Positions 9,282 to 19,779 of a stretch of 64,000 nt of DNA are shown piece by piece. The position numbers were made by a program, and so were the translations under genes. Location: assembly GCA_021777375.1 (NCBI GenBank), contig JAJYDV010000001.1:11347-75346 (forward strand), read 5' to 3'. The stretch is from a bacterium (lineage in GTDB: Bacteria; Patescibacteriota; Saccharimonadia; Saccharimonadales; UBA4665). Numbering within the stretch: position 1 is the stretch's first letter; every line of letters starts with the position of its first letter. The notes below the pieces were generated by a model. The model was not told the DNA's origin and made no database searches. It saw only the letters and a list, made by a program, of their open reading frames with translations.

Positions 9282-10040
9282 ATGGATGACGTGTTAAGGC
9301 GACTGAAACCAACTAGAGGTTTCTCGTCGCTAGCTCATAATGCGCTGCAGGCAGCTCTGCCGCTGATTATATTTGCTCTAGTTAGGCTAAATCAGGATCA
9401 GTTTACTCAACTGGCTGTAGTTTTAGTAGTATTAAGTAAATGGCGCATGCTTGCTGTACGACCACGTTTCTGGCTAGCCAATATTCGGGCCAACTCGATA
9501 GATCTAATTGTCGGTATCTCCATAGTCATCTTTATGCTTCACAACTCGACTGCATTAATTCAATTTGCTTGGGCGATAGCTTACGGTATTTGGCTTATCT
9601 ATCTTAAACCAGCCAATAACAGTCTGATGATATCGGTACAAGCTTGCATTGGTCAGTTAGCTGGACTAAGCGCTCTTTATTTACTTTGGCCAAATGGTCC
9701 AATATACGGCCTTACTTTATTGACCGGATTAATTTGTTTCTTAGCTGCACGTCATTTCTTCGATTCGTTTGACGAAAGCTATTCAAGACTTGTTAGTTAT
9801 TTATGGGGTTATTTCGGAGCTTCTCTGGCATGGGTGTTAAGCCACTGGCTACTTTACTATAGTGCTTTGTCGCAGCCCGTCATATTGTTGATTACGATTA
9901 GCTATGCTATCGCTGCGCTCTATTACTTAGACCACAACGATAAACTGAGTAAGGCCTTTAAACAGCAATTGATTGCGGTTATGCTAGTAATTATTATAGT
10001 TGTCATCATTTTCTCAGATTGGGGCAGTAAAGTAGTTTAA
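9282..10040 (+). CDS. Polytopic membrane protein, unknown function
   Basis: 252 aa with about 8 hydrophobic segments; no recognised catalytic motif. Confidence 0.75.
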   Translation: MDDVLRRLKPTRGFSSLAHNALQAALPLIIFALVRLNQDQFTQLAVVLVVLSKWRMLAVRPRFWLANIRANSIDLIVGISIVIFMLHNSTALIQFAWAIAYGIWLIYLKPANNSLMISVQACIGQLAGLSALYLLWPNGPIYGLTLLTGLICFLAARHFFDSFDESYSRLVSYLWGYFGASLAWVLSHWLLYYSALSQPVILLITISYAIAALYYLDHNDKLSKAFKQQLIAVMLVIIIVVIIFSDWGSKVV

Positions 10041-10076
10041 AAGTTAGTAATCAAGGAAACAATTAGTAAAGTAAAT

Positions 10077-11360
10077 ATGGATCAGCAGCCACTCAACGAC
10101 CACCCGCAAAAGCAGCGTGAAGTTAAAACGATTACCCTAAGGATACCCAATTTTCCTAAAGTGCGTTTCAGACGCTTGATTAGCAAGGCTCAAGCTTGGC
10201 TGATGGTATTCGTCTTAATTGTCGGCATTGCAGGCGGTTTGCTGGGTGGGTGGATTGAGTCGGCAGGTTTCAAGGGGCAGATATTAACGTCAACGACTTC
10301 TGGGACTCAGCTGCTACGAGGAGGCAGTTCCGAATTGATTAGCAGTATTGCTAAAAAACTGAGCCCTGGAGTAGTAAGCATTAGTGCTACAATGACAACT
10401 CAAGCCTCTAATTTTTTTGGTTTTTCTCAACCGATTCAACAACAATCCGAAGGCACGGGCATAATTATCTCTACTAACGGGCTAGTACTTACCAACCGTC
10501 ATGTTGTTCCTGCTGGCACGACATCGGTTAGCATAACTTTATCTAATGGGACTCAACTAAATAATGTTTCTGTAGTAGGACGTACTTCAGCTCAAGATAG
10601 CTTAGATATTGCTATTCTAAAGATTAATAATACCGAAGGCCAGACACTTACGCCATTAGTGCTTGGTAATTCCTCTCAAGTCCAGGTTGGTGATGGCGTG
10701 GTGGCCATTGGAAATGCCCTAGGTCAATTTCAAAACACAGTTACGAGTGGCATTATTTCTGGTTTTGGTCGGAATATTTCAGCAAGTAGTGGCGGCGGAA
10801 GCGGTAATATCTTCGGCTTGCCATCAACTACTAGTTCAACTAGTGAAACTCTAACTGATATGTTCCAGACTGACGCGGCTATAAATGAGGGTAACTCGGG
10901 CGGTCCGTTAGTGAATCTAAATGGTCAAGTGATAGGTATCAACACTGCGATTGCTAGCAATTCTCAAAACATTGGTTTTGCGATACCAATCAACGAAGTT
11001 AAGGGCTTGGTTAAAGCGGTTATTAAGACCGGGAAATTTGAGCGACCATTCCTTGGTGTTAGGTTTACTTTGCTTACTCCCGCTCTGGTAAAACAGTACA
11101 AATTAGACACTAATAATGGTGCCTACATCCCCAAAAATAACGGTTCTACACCTTCTGTCGTACCTGGCAGCGCTGCCGCTAAAGCCGGGCTAAAACCGGG
11201 TGATGTAATTACTAAGGTTGATGGGGAGTCAGTTAATAGTCGAAATGATCTTACGATGCTGGTTGATCAATATCAGCCTGGAACAAAGCTTACACTTACG
11301 GTAGTTAGAGGGACTCAGACATTAACCATTAAAGCTAAGCTAGGGATTATGCCTAAATAG
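10077..11360 (+). CDS. htrA: HtrA/DegP-family serine protease with PDZ domain
   Basis: TM anchor, TNRHV, DIA, QTDAAINEGNSGGPL, C-terminal PDZ (AGLKPGDVITKVDG). Confidence 0.93.
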   Translation: MDQQPLNDHPQKQREVKTITLRIPNFPKVRFRRLISKAQAWLMVFVLIVGIAGGLLGGWIESAGFKGQILTSTTSGTQLLRGGSSELISSIAKKLSPGVVSISATMTTQASNFFGFSQPIQQQSEGTGIIISTNGLVLTNRHVVPAGTTSVSITLSNGTQLNNVSVVGRTSAQDSLDIAILKINNTEGQTLTPLVLGNSSQVQVGDGVVAIGNALGQFQNTVTSGIISGFGRNISASSGGGSGNIFGLPSTTSSTSETLTDMFQTDAAINEGNSGGPLVNLNGQVIGINTAIASNSQNIGFAIPINEVKGLVKAVIKTGKFERPFLGVRFTLLTPALVKQYKLDTNNGAYIPKNNGSTPSVVPGSAAAKAGLKPGDVITKVDGESVNSRNDLTMLVDQYQPGTKLTLTVVRGTQTLTIKAKLGIMPK

Positions 11361-11370
11361 GGCAAGTCGG

Positions 11371-12207
11371 CTATTGCTTCCTGAACACCTGAACAAAATC
11401 GTTAGATAGATAAAGCTTGTAATTTTGTTTTGCGGCAATTCCGGAGAGAGTTTTATGTTGTGGTGGGAGCGATTCAGTCAGCACCCATTCGGGGGAAAAG
11501 TCTAAATTGCCCAACTGTTTAAACAAATCTCGGTAGAGCGTAAGCCCATCTGGCCCGCCAAAAATTGCCTTTGCCGGTTCGTGTGCCGCTGCTGGATTAA
11601 TTTGCCAGCTGTCGGGGACGTAGGGTAGGTTAGCAATTATTACTTCGTGTTCTGACCAGATTGATTTCGGTATAGGACTAATTAAGTTACCACAATAAAA
11701 GCTTATTTCAACCCCAAGATTTAGTGCGTTATGTTCTGCAACCCTTAAGCATTTAGGGTCAATGTCTACGGCTATTGCATTAAGTTTCGGATGCTCAATC
11801 TTAGCACTGATTACTAGAGCTCCTGATCCGGTGCCAATATCCACCAAAGTTTGAATTCCCGGTTCGTTATTTGTAATTCGATCAAACTCTTCTATTAAAG
11901 CTTCGCTTTCCGGACGAGGTTCTAAAACGTAACGGTTTAACTTAAATTCGTGACCATAAAATTCAGTTTTGCCTCTGATATAAGCTAGCGGTAACTGTTT
12001 TTGACGCAATTTTACTAAACGTAGATATCTTAGTCTTTGAGACTGCGTAATTGGCAAGGTTGGTTCACTCAGCAAGTGAGCGCGGTCGACCTTTGTCACA
12101 TCTTCAAGCAAGACTAAAGCATCTAAATGAGCGGTGGATATGTTATTGCTAGAGAGTTTATGTTCGGCCCAAGCCAGTAACTCACCCGAAGAAGAACCGC
12201 CGGCCAT
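11371..12207 (-). CDS. prmC: Release factor glutamine methyltransferase HemK/PrmC
   Basis: PLAYIRG, PRPESE, DIGTGSG, NLPY; directly downstream of prfA. Confidence 0.9.
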   Translation of the reverse strand: MAGGSSSGELLAWAEHKLSSNNISTAHLDALVLLEDVTKVDRAHLLSEPTLPITQSQRLRYLRLVKLRQKQLPLAYIRGKTEFYGHEFKLNRYVLEPRPESEALIEEFDRITNNEPGIQTLVDIGTGSGALVISAKIEHPKLNAIAVDIDPKCLRVAEHNALNLGVEISFYCGNLISPIPKSIWSEHEVIIANLPYVPDSWQINPAAAHEPAKAIFGGPDGLTLYRDLFKQLGNLDFSPEWVLTESLPPQHKTLSGIAAKQNYKLYLSNDFVQVFRKQ

Positions 12208-12222
12208 ATATTTACGCTCTTC

Positions 12223-13281
12223 CTAAGATCCTTGGCTAATTAGCTCGTACTCGGCAGCTTTTAGAGCCTCAATTAGATCATCAATATTGCCGTTTAAAGC
12301 TCCGTATATGTTACTACGAGAATAATTGATGCGGTGATCAGTAATCCGATCTTGTGGGAAGTTGTAAGTGCGAATTTTCTCGCTACGATCGCCACTACCT
12401 ATTAGTTTGCGCCGGGATTCAGACAATTGCTTCTGTTCCTCATCGATTTTGTGTTGCAGCAAACGACTTCTTAAAACGCTCATTGCCTTGGCTCGGTTTT
12501 TTATCTGGGATTTCTCGTCTTGATTGGATACGACAAGGCCGGTAGGAAGGTGGGTAATCCGAACCGCCGAATCGGTAGTGTTGACGCTTTGACCACCATG
12601 CCCTCCGCTGCGGTAAACGTCAATTCTTAAGTCAGATGGGTTCATTTCTATATCAGTCTCTTCGGCTTCAGGCAATACCGCTACGGTAGCTGTGGAAGTG
12701 TGTATACGTCCTTGGCTTTCGGTTACGGGAACGCGTTGAACTCGGTGTACTCCAGCCTCATATTTTAGATTTCGGTAGGCTTCATGACCATGAACGGCAA
12801 AAATAATTTCTTTAAAGCCGCCAGCATCACTTGGGCTTTCATTAATTAGCTCAACTGTATAGTTGTGCATTTCAGCCCAGCGGCTATACATCCGAAATAA
12901 ATCACCTGCAAAAAGCGACGATTCGTCACCACCGGCAGCTCCACGGATTTCGATAATTACGTCTTTTTCGTCGTTCGGATTCTTCGGTAATGTAACGTCG
13001 GCAATGCGTGCCTCAACTGTCTCAATTTTTGAAGACAATTCAGCTATTTCTTCGCTTGCCATAGACTGCAGCTCTTTATCCGGACTACTTAATAGTTCAG
13101 TTGCTTGTGTGATTGACTTTTTAAGTAGTGAATACTGCTCAAAAAGACCTATGACCTCTGTCAACCATTTCAGTCTTTTGGCTAAAGCCGGGTAAGAGCT
13201 ATCGTTAAAAATAGCTGGATTCGCTAATTTAAGCTCCAAGTCACGCAGCTCTTGTTTAAATGTTTCCTCTCGCTGATCCAT
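12223..13281 (-). CDS. prfA: Peptide chain release factor 1
   Basis: PVT specificity motif (RVPVTES), [17 protein letters not shown]. Confidence 0.97.
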   Translation of the reverse strand: MDQREETFKQELRDLELKLANPAIFNDSSYPALAKRLKWLTEVIGLFEQYSLLKKSITQATELLSSPDKELQSMASEEIAELSSKIETVEARIADVTLPKNPNDEKDVIIEIRGAAGGDESSLFAGDLFRMYSRWAEMHNYTVELINESPSDAGGFKEIIFAVHGHEAYRNLKYEAGVHRVQRVPVTESQGRIHTSTATVAVLPEAEETDIEMNPSDLRIDVYRSGGHGGQSVNTTDSAVRITHLPTGLVVSNQDEKSQIKNRAKAMSVLRSRLLQHKIDEEQKQLSESRRKLIGSGDRSEKIRTYNFPQDRITDHRINYSRSNIYGALNGNIDDLIEALKAAEYELISQGS

Positions 13282-13356
13282 ATAAGTTTTAGTTTACTCT
13301 GATTGAGCATATGCGGACTTATTATCCTGGAATAAGCTCAACTATGAGCAGCTTAG

Positions 13357-13692
13357 TTAGGCCTGAGCGGTTTCAGACTCGATTTTATTGGCCTTACGGC
13401 GAGCCTGCTTCTTAGCAGCATTGGTGCGTTTCTCGCGGGCTTCGTTGGCGGCAGCCGTACGAGCTCTGAATTTATCTACTCGACCTTCAATGTCCAGAAT
13501 CTTTTCCTCGCCGGTAAAGAATGGGTGAGAGGCTGAACTAACATGGACCTTTATTAAAGGATATTCATTCCCATCATCCCATTTAATTGTTTCTTCACTA
13601 CTAGCAGTAGACTTGGTCAGTAAACGCCAGCCGTTATTTAAATCCTCAAAAACTACGTAACGGTAGTTGTCTGGATGCAAATCTTTCTTCAT
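13357..13692 (-). CDS. rpmE2: 50S ribosomal protein L31 type B with basic C-terminal extension
   Basis: [23 protein letters not shown], no zinc cysteines. Confidence 0.92.
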   Translation of the reverse strand: MKKDLHPDNYRYVVFEDLNNGWRLLTKSTASSEETIKWDDGNEYPLIKVHVSSASHPFFTGEEKILDIEGRVDKFRARTAAANEAREKRTNAAKKQARRKANKIESETAQA

Positions 13693-13779
13693 AACAGGCA
13701 TTTAATATATCTTTTTATGGCCAGATAAGCAAGACTCAAGTTGAAATAAGTAGACACCTAGTGTTTTTAGGCGCATTAG

Positions 13780-13808
13780 TTGATAGATGTGCTGCGCCTT
13801 GGTATAAT
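13780..13808 (+). promoter_or_regulatory. Sigma70-type promoter of the rpsB operon
   Basis: TTGATA, 17-nt spacer, TATAAT. Confidence 0.7.
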
Positions 13809-13830
13809 TTAATTTAGATTTAATTAAGCA

Positions 13831-13898
13831 GGCTAGGAGTAGGTGCGTTCCTCTCTTTACATAAGGATCTTAAGCCTTAAAAAGAGCGCCACCCAGCC
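13831..13898 (+). promoter_or_regulatory. Structured rpsB 5' leader (candidate autoregulatory element)
   Basis: Nested pairings GGCT/AGCC, GGTG/CACC, CTCTTT/AAAGAG, AAGG/CCTT between promoter and start codon. Confidence 0.5.
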
Positions 13899-13940
13899 AA
13901 AGTTAAATAACCAAGGAGCGCAAGAAAGGTATATCTGTTA

Positions 13941-14669
13941 ATGTCTAACGAAGCTAATATGAAAGATTTGCTAGAGGCTGGTGCGCACTTTGGCCACAAG
14001 ACTAGTCGCTGGCACCCCAAAATGGCTCAATATATCCACTCTAAGAGAGGCGGGATTCACATTATCGACCTTTCTAAAAGCGTAGAAGGAATAAATGCCG
14101 CTACGCGCTTTTTAAGCGACACAGCTGCTTCAGGAAAACAAATTCTGCTAGTCGGTACTAAGCGTCAGGCCCAGTCAATCATTAAAGAAGCTGCAACGGC
14201 TACAAACCAGCCCTATGTTACCGAGCGTTGGCTTGGCGGAATGCTAACTAACTGGAATACAATCGGTGGTCGTATCAAGCACCTAAAGGACTTAGAATCG
14301 CGCATGGCATCAGGCGAATTGGCCAACCGCTACAGTAAGCTGGAAGTCCAGCGTTTCCAAGAGGAGATTGACGAACTGAATCATATTTACGGAGGAATTA
14401 AAGATCTTAACGGAAAGCCAGGAGCCGTTTACATCGTCGACGTAATTACTGAATCCAATGCGGTACGTGAAGCTAATCGGATTGGTATTCCAATTGTTGC
14501 TATTGTAGATTCCAACTCTGACCCAACGCTCATCAACTACCCAATTCCGGCCAATGACGATGCGATTAAAGCTCTTCAGCTGATTACTAACTACGTGCGC
14601 TCGGCAATTGAAGAAGGTAAGGCCAAACAAGCCAAAACGTCTTCTGCGGTAGAGAAGAAAGTAGGATAG
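13941..14669 (+). CDS. rpsB: 30S ribosomal protein S2
   Basis: [25 protein letters not shown]. Confidence 0.97.
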   Translation: MSNEANMKDLLEAGAHFGHKTSRWHPKMAQYIHSKRGGIHIIDLSKSVEGINAATRFLSDTAASGKQILLVGTKRQAQSIIKEAATATNQPYVTERWLGGMLTNWNTIGGRIKHLKDLESRMASGELANRYSKLEVQRFQEEIDELNHIYGGIKDLNGKPGAVYIVDVITESNAVREANRIGIPIVAIVDSNSDPTLINYPIPANDDAIKALQLITNYVRSAIEEGKAKQAKTSSAVEKKVG

Positions 14670-14673
14670 CATC

Positions 14674-15270
14674 ATGGCCGTAGACATCGCTCAAGTTAAA
14701 CGTCTAAAAGATTTGACTGGCGTTGGTCTTAGTGACGCCAAGGCGGCTCTCGAGGCTAGCGGCGGTGATTTTGACGCTGCCCTTAAGGAAATGAGAACCA
14801 AAGGACTAACAAAGGCCGAAAAGCGCAGTGAACGCACCGCGACGGCTGGGATTATCGGATCATATAATCACGATAATCGCATTGGGGTAATCATTGAGGT
14901 TAATTGCGAAACCGATTTTGTTGCTCGTAATGAATTGTTTACTAACATGGTCAAGGACCTGGCAATGCATATCGCTGCTTCTAACCCGCAGTATCTTAGT
15001 CGGGAGCTAGTGCCCAAAGAAGAAGTTGAGCAGATTAAGGCGGAGCTAGTAGAGCGCGCCGAGAATGATGCTAAGCCCAAAGCGATGATTGCTAAAATAG
15101 TTGACGGTCAGCTAGATAAATATTTTGCTGAACACTGTTTACTTTTGCAGCCGTTTGTTAAAAATCCGGATATTACCGTTGGCGAGTATGTAAAAGAGCA
15201 TAATGCTCGTCTAGGTGAGAATATTATAGTGCGTCGTTTTTGTCGTCTTGCATTAGGAGATGCTAATTAA
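14674..15270 (+). CDS. tsf: Elongation factor Ts (short form)
   Basis: EVNCETDFVARN, LAMHIAA; follows rpsB. Confidence 0.95.
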   Translation: MAVDIAQVKRLKDLTGVGLSDAKAALEASGGDFDAALKEMRTKGLTKAEKRSERTATAGIIGSYNHDNRIGVIIEVNCETDFVARNELFTNMVKDLAMHIAASNPQYLSRELVPKEEVEQIKAELVERAENDAKPKAMIAKIVDGQLDKYFAEHCLLLQPFVKNPDITVGEYVKEHNARLGENIIVRRFCRLALGDAN

Positions 15271-15288
15271 GCAGGGAGTAAACATAAA

Positions 15289-15852
15289 GTGGAAACCTCA
15301 AATATTATTGCCAAAGCAGAAGCGGCATTTAAAACTGCACAGGAGCATTTAACTAATGAACTGACTCGTCTGCGCACAGGTCGGGCGCACCCGGGGATGT
15401 TGGATGGGGTGATGGTTGAGGCTTACGGTACCCAAATGCCTTTAAATCAGGCTGCCGGCATAACCGTACCTGAAGCGCAGCTACTTCAGATTACTCCTTT
15501 TGATCCGAGCAACCTGCAGGCAATTGTTAATGCTATCAGGAATAATCAGAATCTGGGTCTAAACCCGAGCGATGACGGAAGGGTAGTGAGAGTTCAGATT
15601 CCGCCTTTGACGGAAGAGCGTCGTCATGAGCTAACGAAGCAAATTGGCGAAAAAGTCGAAGAAGCATTGGTTCGAATGCGCACTTCCCGTCACGAGATTT
15701 TTAGACAGCTGGAAGACGCTAAAAAGGATAAACAGATTAGTGAAGACGATCTCCGCCGGACCGAAAAATTGATCGATGAACGCATGAACAATATCCGATC
15801 TCAAATAGACTCGGCTGCTAAAACCAAAGAGGCTGAACTATTATCAATTTGA
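15289..15852 (+). CDS. frr: Ribosome recycling factor
   Basis: LRTGRAHP, LGLNPSDDG, PPLTEERR. Confidence 0.96.
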   Translation: METSNIIAKAEAAFKTAQEHLTNELTRLRTGRAHPGMLDGVMVEAYGTQMPLNQAAGITVPEAQLLQITPFDPSNLQAIVNAIRNNQNLGLNPSDDGRVVRVQIPPLTEERRHELTKQIGEKVEEALVRMRTSRHEIFRQLEDAKKDKQISEDDLRRTEKLIDERMNNIRSQIDSAAKTKEAELLSI

Positions 15853-15905
15853 AGCATATGGACATCTCTTTTTTACAGCTAACTAAGATATAATCAAAGA
15901 TACAT

Positions 15906-17078
15906 ATGTCGATCCTCATTCTTATAGTTGGGGTACTACTGTTTATTGCCCTAGTAATCATCCATGAATTTGGTCACTTTTGGGTGGCAAAGCGAAATGG
16001 TGTTGAGCCGGAAGAATTTGGAGTTTTTTTCCCGCCAGCTTTATTTAAGCGGAAGACAAAGAAGGGCTGGGTTTTTTCAATTAACCTGCTTCCATTGGGC
16101 GGATTCGTCAAGCTTAGAGGCGAACATGACAGCGATACACAGCCGGGTAGCTTTGGGGCTGCATCACTTCTTGCAAAGTCAAAGATTATGGCCGCTGGCG
16201 TTTTCTTTAATCTGGTTACAGCCGTTATTTTATTAATAATTTTAGCCTGGATTGGTCTACCACAACTGGTCAGCAACCAATTTAACGTATCAGGCAGTGC
16301 CAGCCATATATCCCGTCAGGAAGTATTAGTAACTTCTGTCCAATCTCACAGTCCTGCAGCCAGTATCGGTATTGCTAGCGAGGACCAAATCGTTGCAATC
16401 GGTCATCCGGGAGCGCTAAAGCCGGTAAGTACCATAACTGATCTTCAACAGTTGACTCACGAATACGCTGGCCAGCAGGTTAATGTTGAATTTAAGACGA
16501 ATGGGGAGGAGCACATTAAATCCGTGAACCTTCTATCATCCGCTGAGGTTGGTGCCAGCCTGAAGACCAATAATCCAAAAGGATATTTCGGAGTGACTCT
16601 TGCATCACTTACGATGCGACAGTACAGCTGGTGGGCCGGACCAGTTGAAGCCGTCGGTCTGACGCTTCAAGTTATTAAACTAACATTTACCGGTTTGGGG
16701 CATGCACTTGTCGGGCTTGGGCATATTATCGCCGGACTAGTTACCGGCAATACAACTGCTAGGCAGCATGGCCAAGCGATTGCCTCATCTCAAGTTGCCG
16801 GTCCGATTGGAATTTTTGTAATCCTTAAAGACGGAAGTCTGCTGGGCTACCAGTATATGCTGTTTATTATTGCGATTATTTCGCTAACCTTAGCGATTAT
16901 GAATATTCTACCGCTGCCGGCACTTGACGGTGGGCGACTTTGGCTAACCCTTATCTTTAGGAGTCTTGGTAAGAAGCTTTCGGCTTCACTCGAGGAAACC
17001 ATAAATGCGATTGGCATGTTTATACTGATAACCCTAATCATACTTATCTCTCTAGTGGACATCCATCGTTTCTTTTAG
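15906..17078 (+). CDS. rseP: RseP/M50 intramembrane zinc metalloprotease with PDZ
   Basis: HEFGH, PLGGFV, NILPLPALDGG. Confidence 0.92.
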   Translation: MSILILIVGVLLFIALVIIHEFGHFWVAKRNGVEPEEFGVFFPPALFKRKTKKGWVFSINLLPLGGFVKLRGEHDSDTQPGSFGAASLLAKSKIMAAGVFFNLVTAVILLIILAWIGLPQLVSNQFNVSGSASHISRQEVLVTSVQSHSPAASIGIASEDQIVAIGHPGALKPVSTITDLQQLTHEYAGQQVNVEFKTNGEEHIKSVNLLSSAEVGASLKTNNPKGYFGVTLASLTMRQYSWWAGPVEAVGLTLQVIKLTFTGLGHALVGLGHIIAGLVTGNTTARQHGQAIASSQVAGPIGIFVILKDGSLLGYQYMLFIIAIISLTLAIMNILPLPALDGGRLWLTLIFRSLGKKLSASLEETINAIGMFILITLIILISLVDIHRFF

Positions 17079-17081
17079 GCC

Positions 17082-17879
17082 ATGAATATAGATCAAAAAA
17101 GATCAATTTGGCATTCTGGTTCCCGTCCTTGGGAGAAGATTCCCAGATGGCTCTTACCGTTAGTCATTATTTTGCTTGTTGCGACAGTTTTCTTCATTGG
17201 GCAGTACGCGGCCAGTCTAATACTTTCGTTTTATGCGGTATTTAGAGGTTGGAATACAGCTCAAGCCAATAATTGGTTGAATAGTTCGGTTATTGCGCAG
17301 TTTCTTTTTGTCATTCTCTTTGAGGGCTTTAATGTACTTCTGCTTTGGCTAATATTGCGCCGTTATGGCAAGAAACTATCCTCGCTCGGACTTAAAAAGC
17401 TTCGTCTTCGTGACGGAGGATATGGATTAGTGGCCTACCCGGCTTATTTAATTATTTATCTTATCGTTATTGGGTTAGTAACTCACTTTGTCCATGGACT
17501 AAACCTTAATCAATCGCAGAATATCGGTTTTAATTCGGTTCATGGCACTACTCAAATGGTACTGACCTTCATTAGTCTGGTTATTTTGCCACCTATTGCA
17601 GAAGAGCTGCTCTTTAGAGGATTGTTGTTTGAGGGGCTAAAGAAATCGATGCCGGTAGTTTATGCCGGACTAATAACCAGTTTAATATTTGCCGCTGCAC
17701 ACTTACAGGAAGGCGGCGGTGGCAGCTTGTTCTGGGTGGGCTCTATAGACGTGTTTATTTTAAGTTTAGTGCTGGTTTTCTTAAAGCAAAAAACCAAAAG
17801 TCTTTGGCCCGGAATATTTCTACATGCTATTAAGAATGCGGTAGCTTTCATCTACCTGTTTGTGTTAACCAGCCGTTAG
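17082..17879 (+). CDS. CPBP (CAAX/Abi) intramembrane glutamic protease
   Basis: EELLFRG, FAAAH, HAIKN motifs in a polytopic protein. Confidence 0.88.
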   Translation: MNIDQKRSIWHSGSRPWEKIPRWLLPLVIILLVATVFFIGQYAASLILSFYAVFRGWNTAQANNWLNSSVIAQFLFVILFEGFNVLLLWLILRRYGKKLSSLGLKKLRLRDGGYGLVAYPAYLIIYLIVIGLVTHFVHGLNLNQSQNIGFNSVHGTTQMVLTFISLVILPPIAEELLFRGLLFEGLKKSMPVVYAGLITSLIFAAAHLQEGGGGSLFWVGSIDVFILSLVLVFLKQKTKSLWPGIFLHAIKNAVAFIYLFVLTSR

Positions 17880-17928
17880 GGTAAACTAAGTAAATCTACG
17901 AGAGAAATAGGAGTAGGGGTAAAAAAGG

Positions 17929-19197
17929 ATGCGTTTAAGTCAGAACATTACCAAAACACTAAAGGACGCTCCAGCTGATGAGCAGGCAACTAACGCTAAG
18001 TTGTTAATCAGGGGTGGCTTTATTCATAAGGAGATGGCAGGGGCCTACTCATACTTGCCACTTGGTTTGCAAGTCATCGAGAACATTAAGACAGTTGTGC
18101 GTGAGGAAATGAACGCTCTGGGAGCTTCAGAATTATTAATGACTTCTCTTCAGGCCAAAGACAGCTGGGTGATTAGCGGTCGATGGAGTGATGAGCTGGT
18201 AGATATTTGGTTTAAAAGTCAGCTTAAAAATGGCACAGAAGTAGGTTTTGGCTGGAGTCACGAAGAGCCGATAATGATGATGGCCAAATCACTAGTAAAA
18301 AGTTACCGTGATTTGCCGATCAGTGTTTATCAATTCCAGACTAAGTTTAGAAATGAACTTCGGGCTAAAAGCGGCATAATGCGCGGACGCGAATTTATTA
18401 TGAAAGATATGTATGCTTTCTCGCGGAGCGCTGATGAGCTGAATGAGTTTTATGAGCGAACCAAAGAAGCATACCTGAAAGTTTATAAACGAATTGGACT
18501 GGGAGATAACACCTTTGTAACGTTTGCATCTGGCGGGTCGTTCACTCAATTCAGTCACGAATTTCAAACTGTCACGGATAGTGGGGAAGATACTATTTAT
18601 TTGGATCGTAGCAAACGGCTGGCGGTTAACGAAGAAGTGTATAACGACGAAATATTAGCTCAGCTTGGAATGAAAAAGGACCATTTAGAAAAGGTTAAAG
18701 CTGCGGAAGTCGGAAATATTTTTAATTTCGGCTCTATAAAGGGTGAACAGATGGACGTTTATTTTAACGATCAATCTGGTCAAAGACAACCTGTTTATCT
18801 AAGCTCTTACGGCATAGGAGTTAGCAGGTTGATGGGCGTAATTGCCGAACATTTCAATGATCAGCGCGGACTAATTTGGCCGACTAATATTGCCCCGGCC
18901 ATGGTTTATTTATTAGCTATAGGTAACTCTAAAACCATAGAGGCTGCAGATAAGCTATATAATATATTGACAGCACGGGGTGTTGCGGTAATATATGATG
19001 ACCGAGATGTTCGTCCCGGCGAAAAGTTCTCTGACGCAGACCTGATGGGAATACCTTGGCGTGTTGTTGTTAGTGAACAATTCATCAAAAATGGACTCTA
19101 CGAAGTTAAATCGAGATCGAATAATACACCGCAACAGTTAAGAGCAGACGCCCTGATTAAGCTAGTTAAAAGCGGAAATTTAAAAAGAGCAAGCTGA
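17929..19197 (+). CDS. proS: Proline--tRNA ligase, short form without INS editing domain
   Basis: MRLSQ..TLKDAP, QTKFRNELR, REFIMKD, YGIGVSR, anticodon-binding domain; only 422 aa. Confidence 0.93.
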   Translation: MRLSQNITKTLKDAPADEQATNAKLLIRGGFIHKEMAGAYSYLPLGLQVIENIKTVVREEMNALGASELLMTSLQAKDSWVISGRWSDELVDIWFKSQLKNGTEVGFGWSHEEPIMMMAKSLVKSYRDLPISVYQFQTKFRNELRAKSGIMRGREFIMKDMYAFSRSADELNEFYERTKEAYLKVYKRIGLGDNTFVTFASGGSFTQFSHEFQTVTDSGEDTIYLDRSKRLAVNEEVYNDEILAQLGMKKDHLEKVKAAEVGNIFNFGSIKGEQMDVYFNDQSGQRQPVYLSSYGIGVSRLMGVIAEHFNDQRGLIWPTNIAPAMVYLLAIGNSKTIEAADKLYNILTARGVAVIYDDRDVRPGEKFSDADLMGIPWRVVVSEQFIKNGLYEVKSRSNNTPQQLRADALIKLVKSGNLKRAS

Positions 19198-19227
19198 ATA
19201 ATAAGGAAACCGGAAAGGACTAAGTCT

Positions 19228-19695
19228 ATGGTCGTAAAGAAGACATTTCGCTTAACCAAAGAAGGCATCGACGAATTACAACAAGAGCTTGAAGGATTGA
19301 CTGCCGAACGAGCCGAAATCGCCGAAAGTATTCGTACGGCCCGTGAATTTGGTGATCTTGCCGAAAACAGTGAATATCAATCGGCTCGAGCTGCACAGGA
19401 GCGTAATGAATCGCGGATATCTGAAATTGAACATATCTTGCAAAACGTGGAATTGATTAAAGCGCCTCATAGTAGTGCTAAAGTCCAGCTCGGATCAAAG
19501 GTTAGCCTAAAAAGCGATGATGGGGCCACTAAAGAATTTCAGATAGTCGGTACCGTTGAAGCTGATCCTCTTAACGGCAAAATCAGTGATGAATCGCCAA
19601 TCGGGAAGGCTTTAATCGGCAAGCAAGAGAAAGATGAAGTTGAGATCCAGACACCCCTTGAAAGCATTGTCTATAAAATCGTTGAAATTTCATAA
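19228..19695 (+). CDS. greA: Transcription elongation factor GreA
   Basis: GDLAENSEY, ISDESPIGKAL. Confidence 0.96.
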   Translation: MVVKKTFRLTKEGIDELQQELEGLTAERAEIAESIRTAREFGDLAENSEYQSARAAQERNESRISEIEHILQNVELIKAPHSSAKVQLGSKVSLKSDDGATKEFQIVGTVEADPLNGKISDESPIGKALIGKQEKDEVEIQTPLESIVYKIVEIS

Positions 19696-19779
19696 AACAA
19701 AGTCAGTATAGTTAAGCCTAAAAAAGTTATTGTATATACTATAGTTTAGGCTAACTAATTAATAGATAGAAATGGCATC

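Noticed and set aside
19709..19757. Inverted repeat TAGTTAAGCCTAAA...TTTAGGCTAACTA between greA and lysS
   Set aside because: AT-rich with a long loop; cannot tell terminator from operator from chance, and no T-box motifs are present
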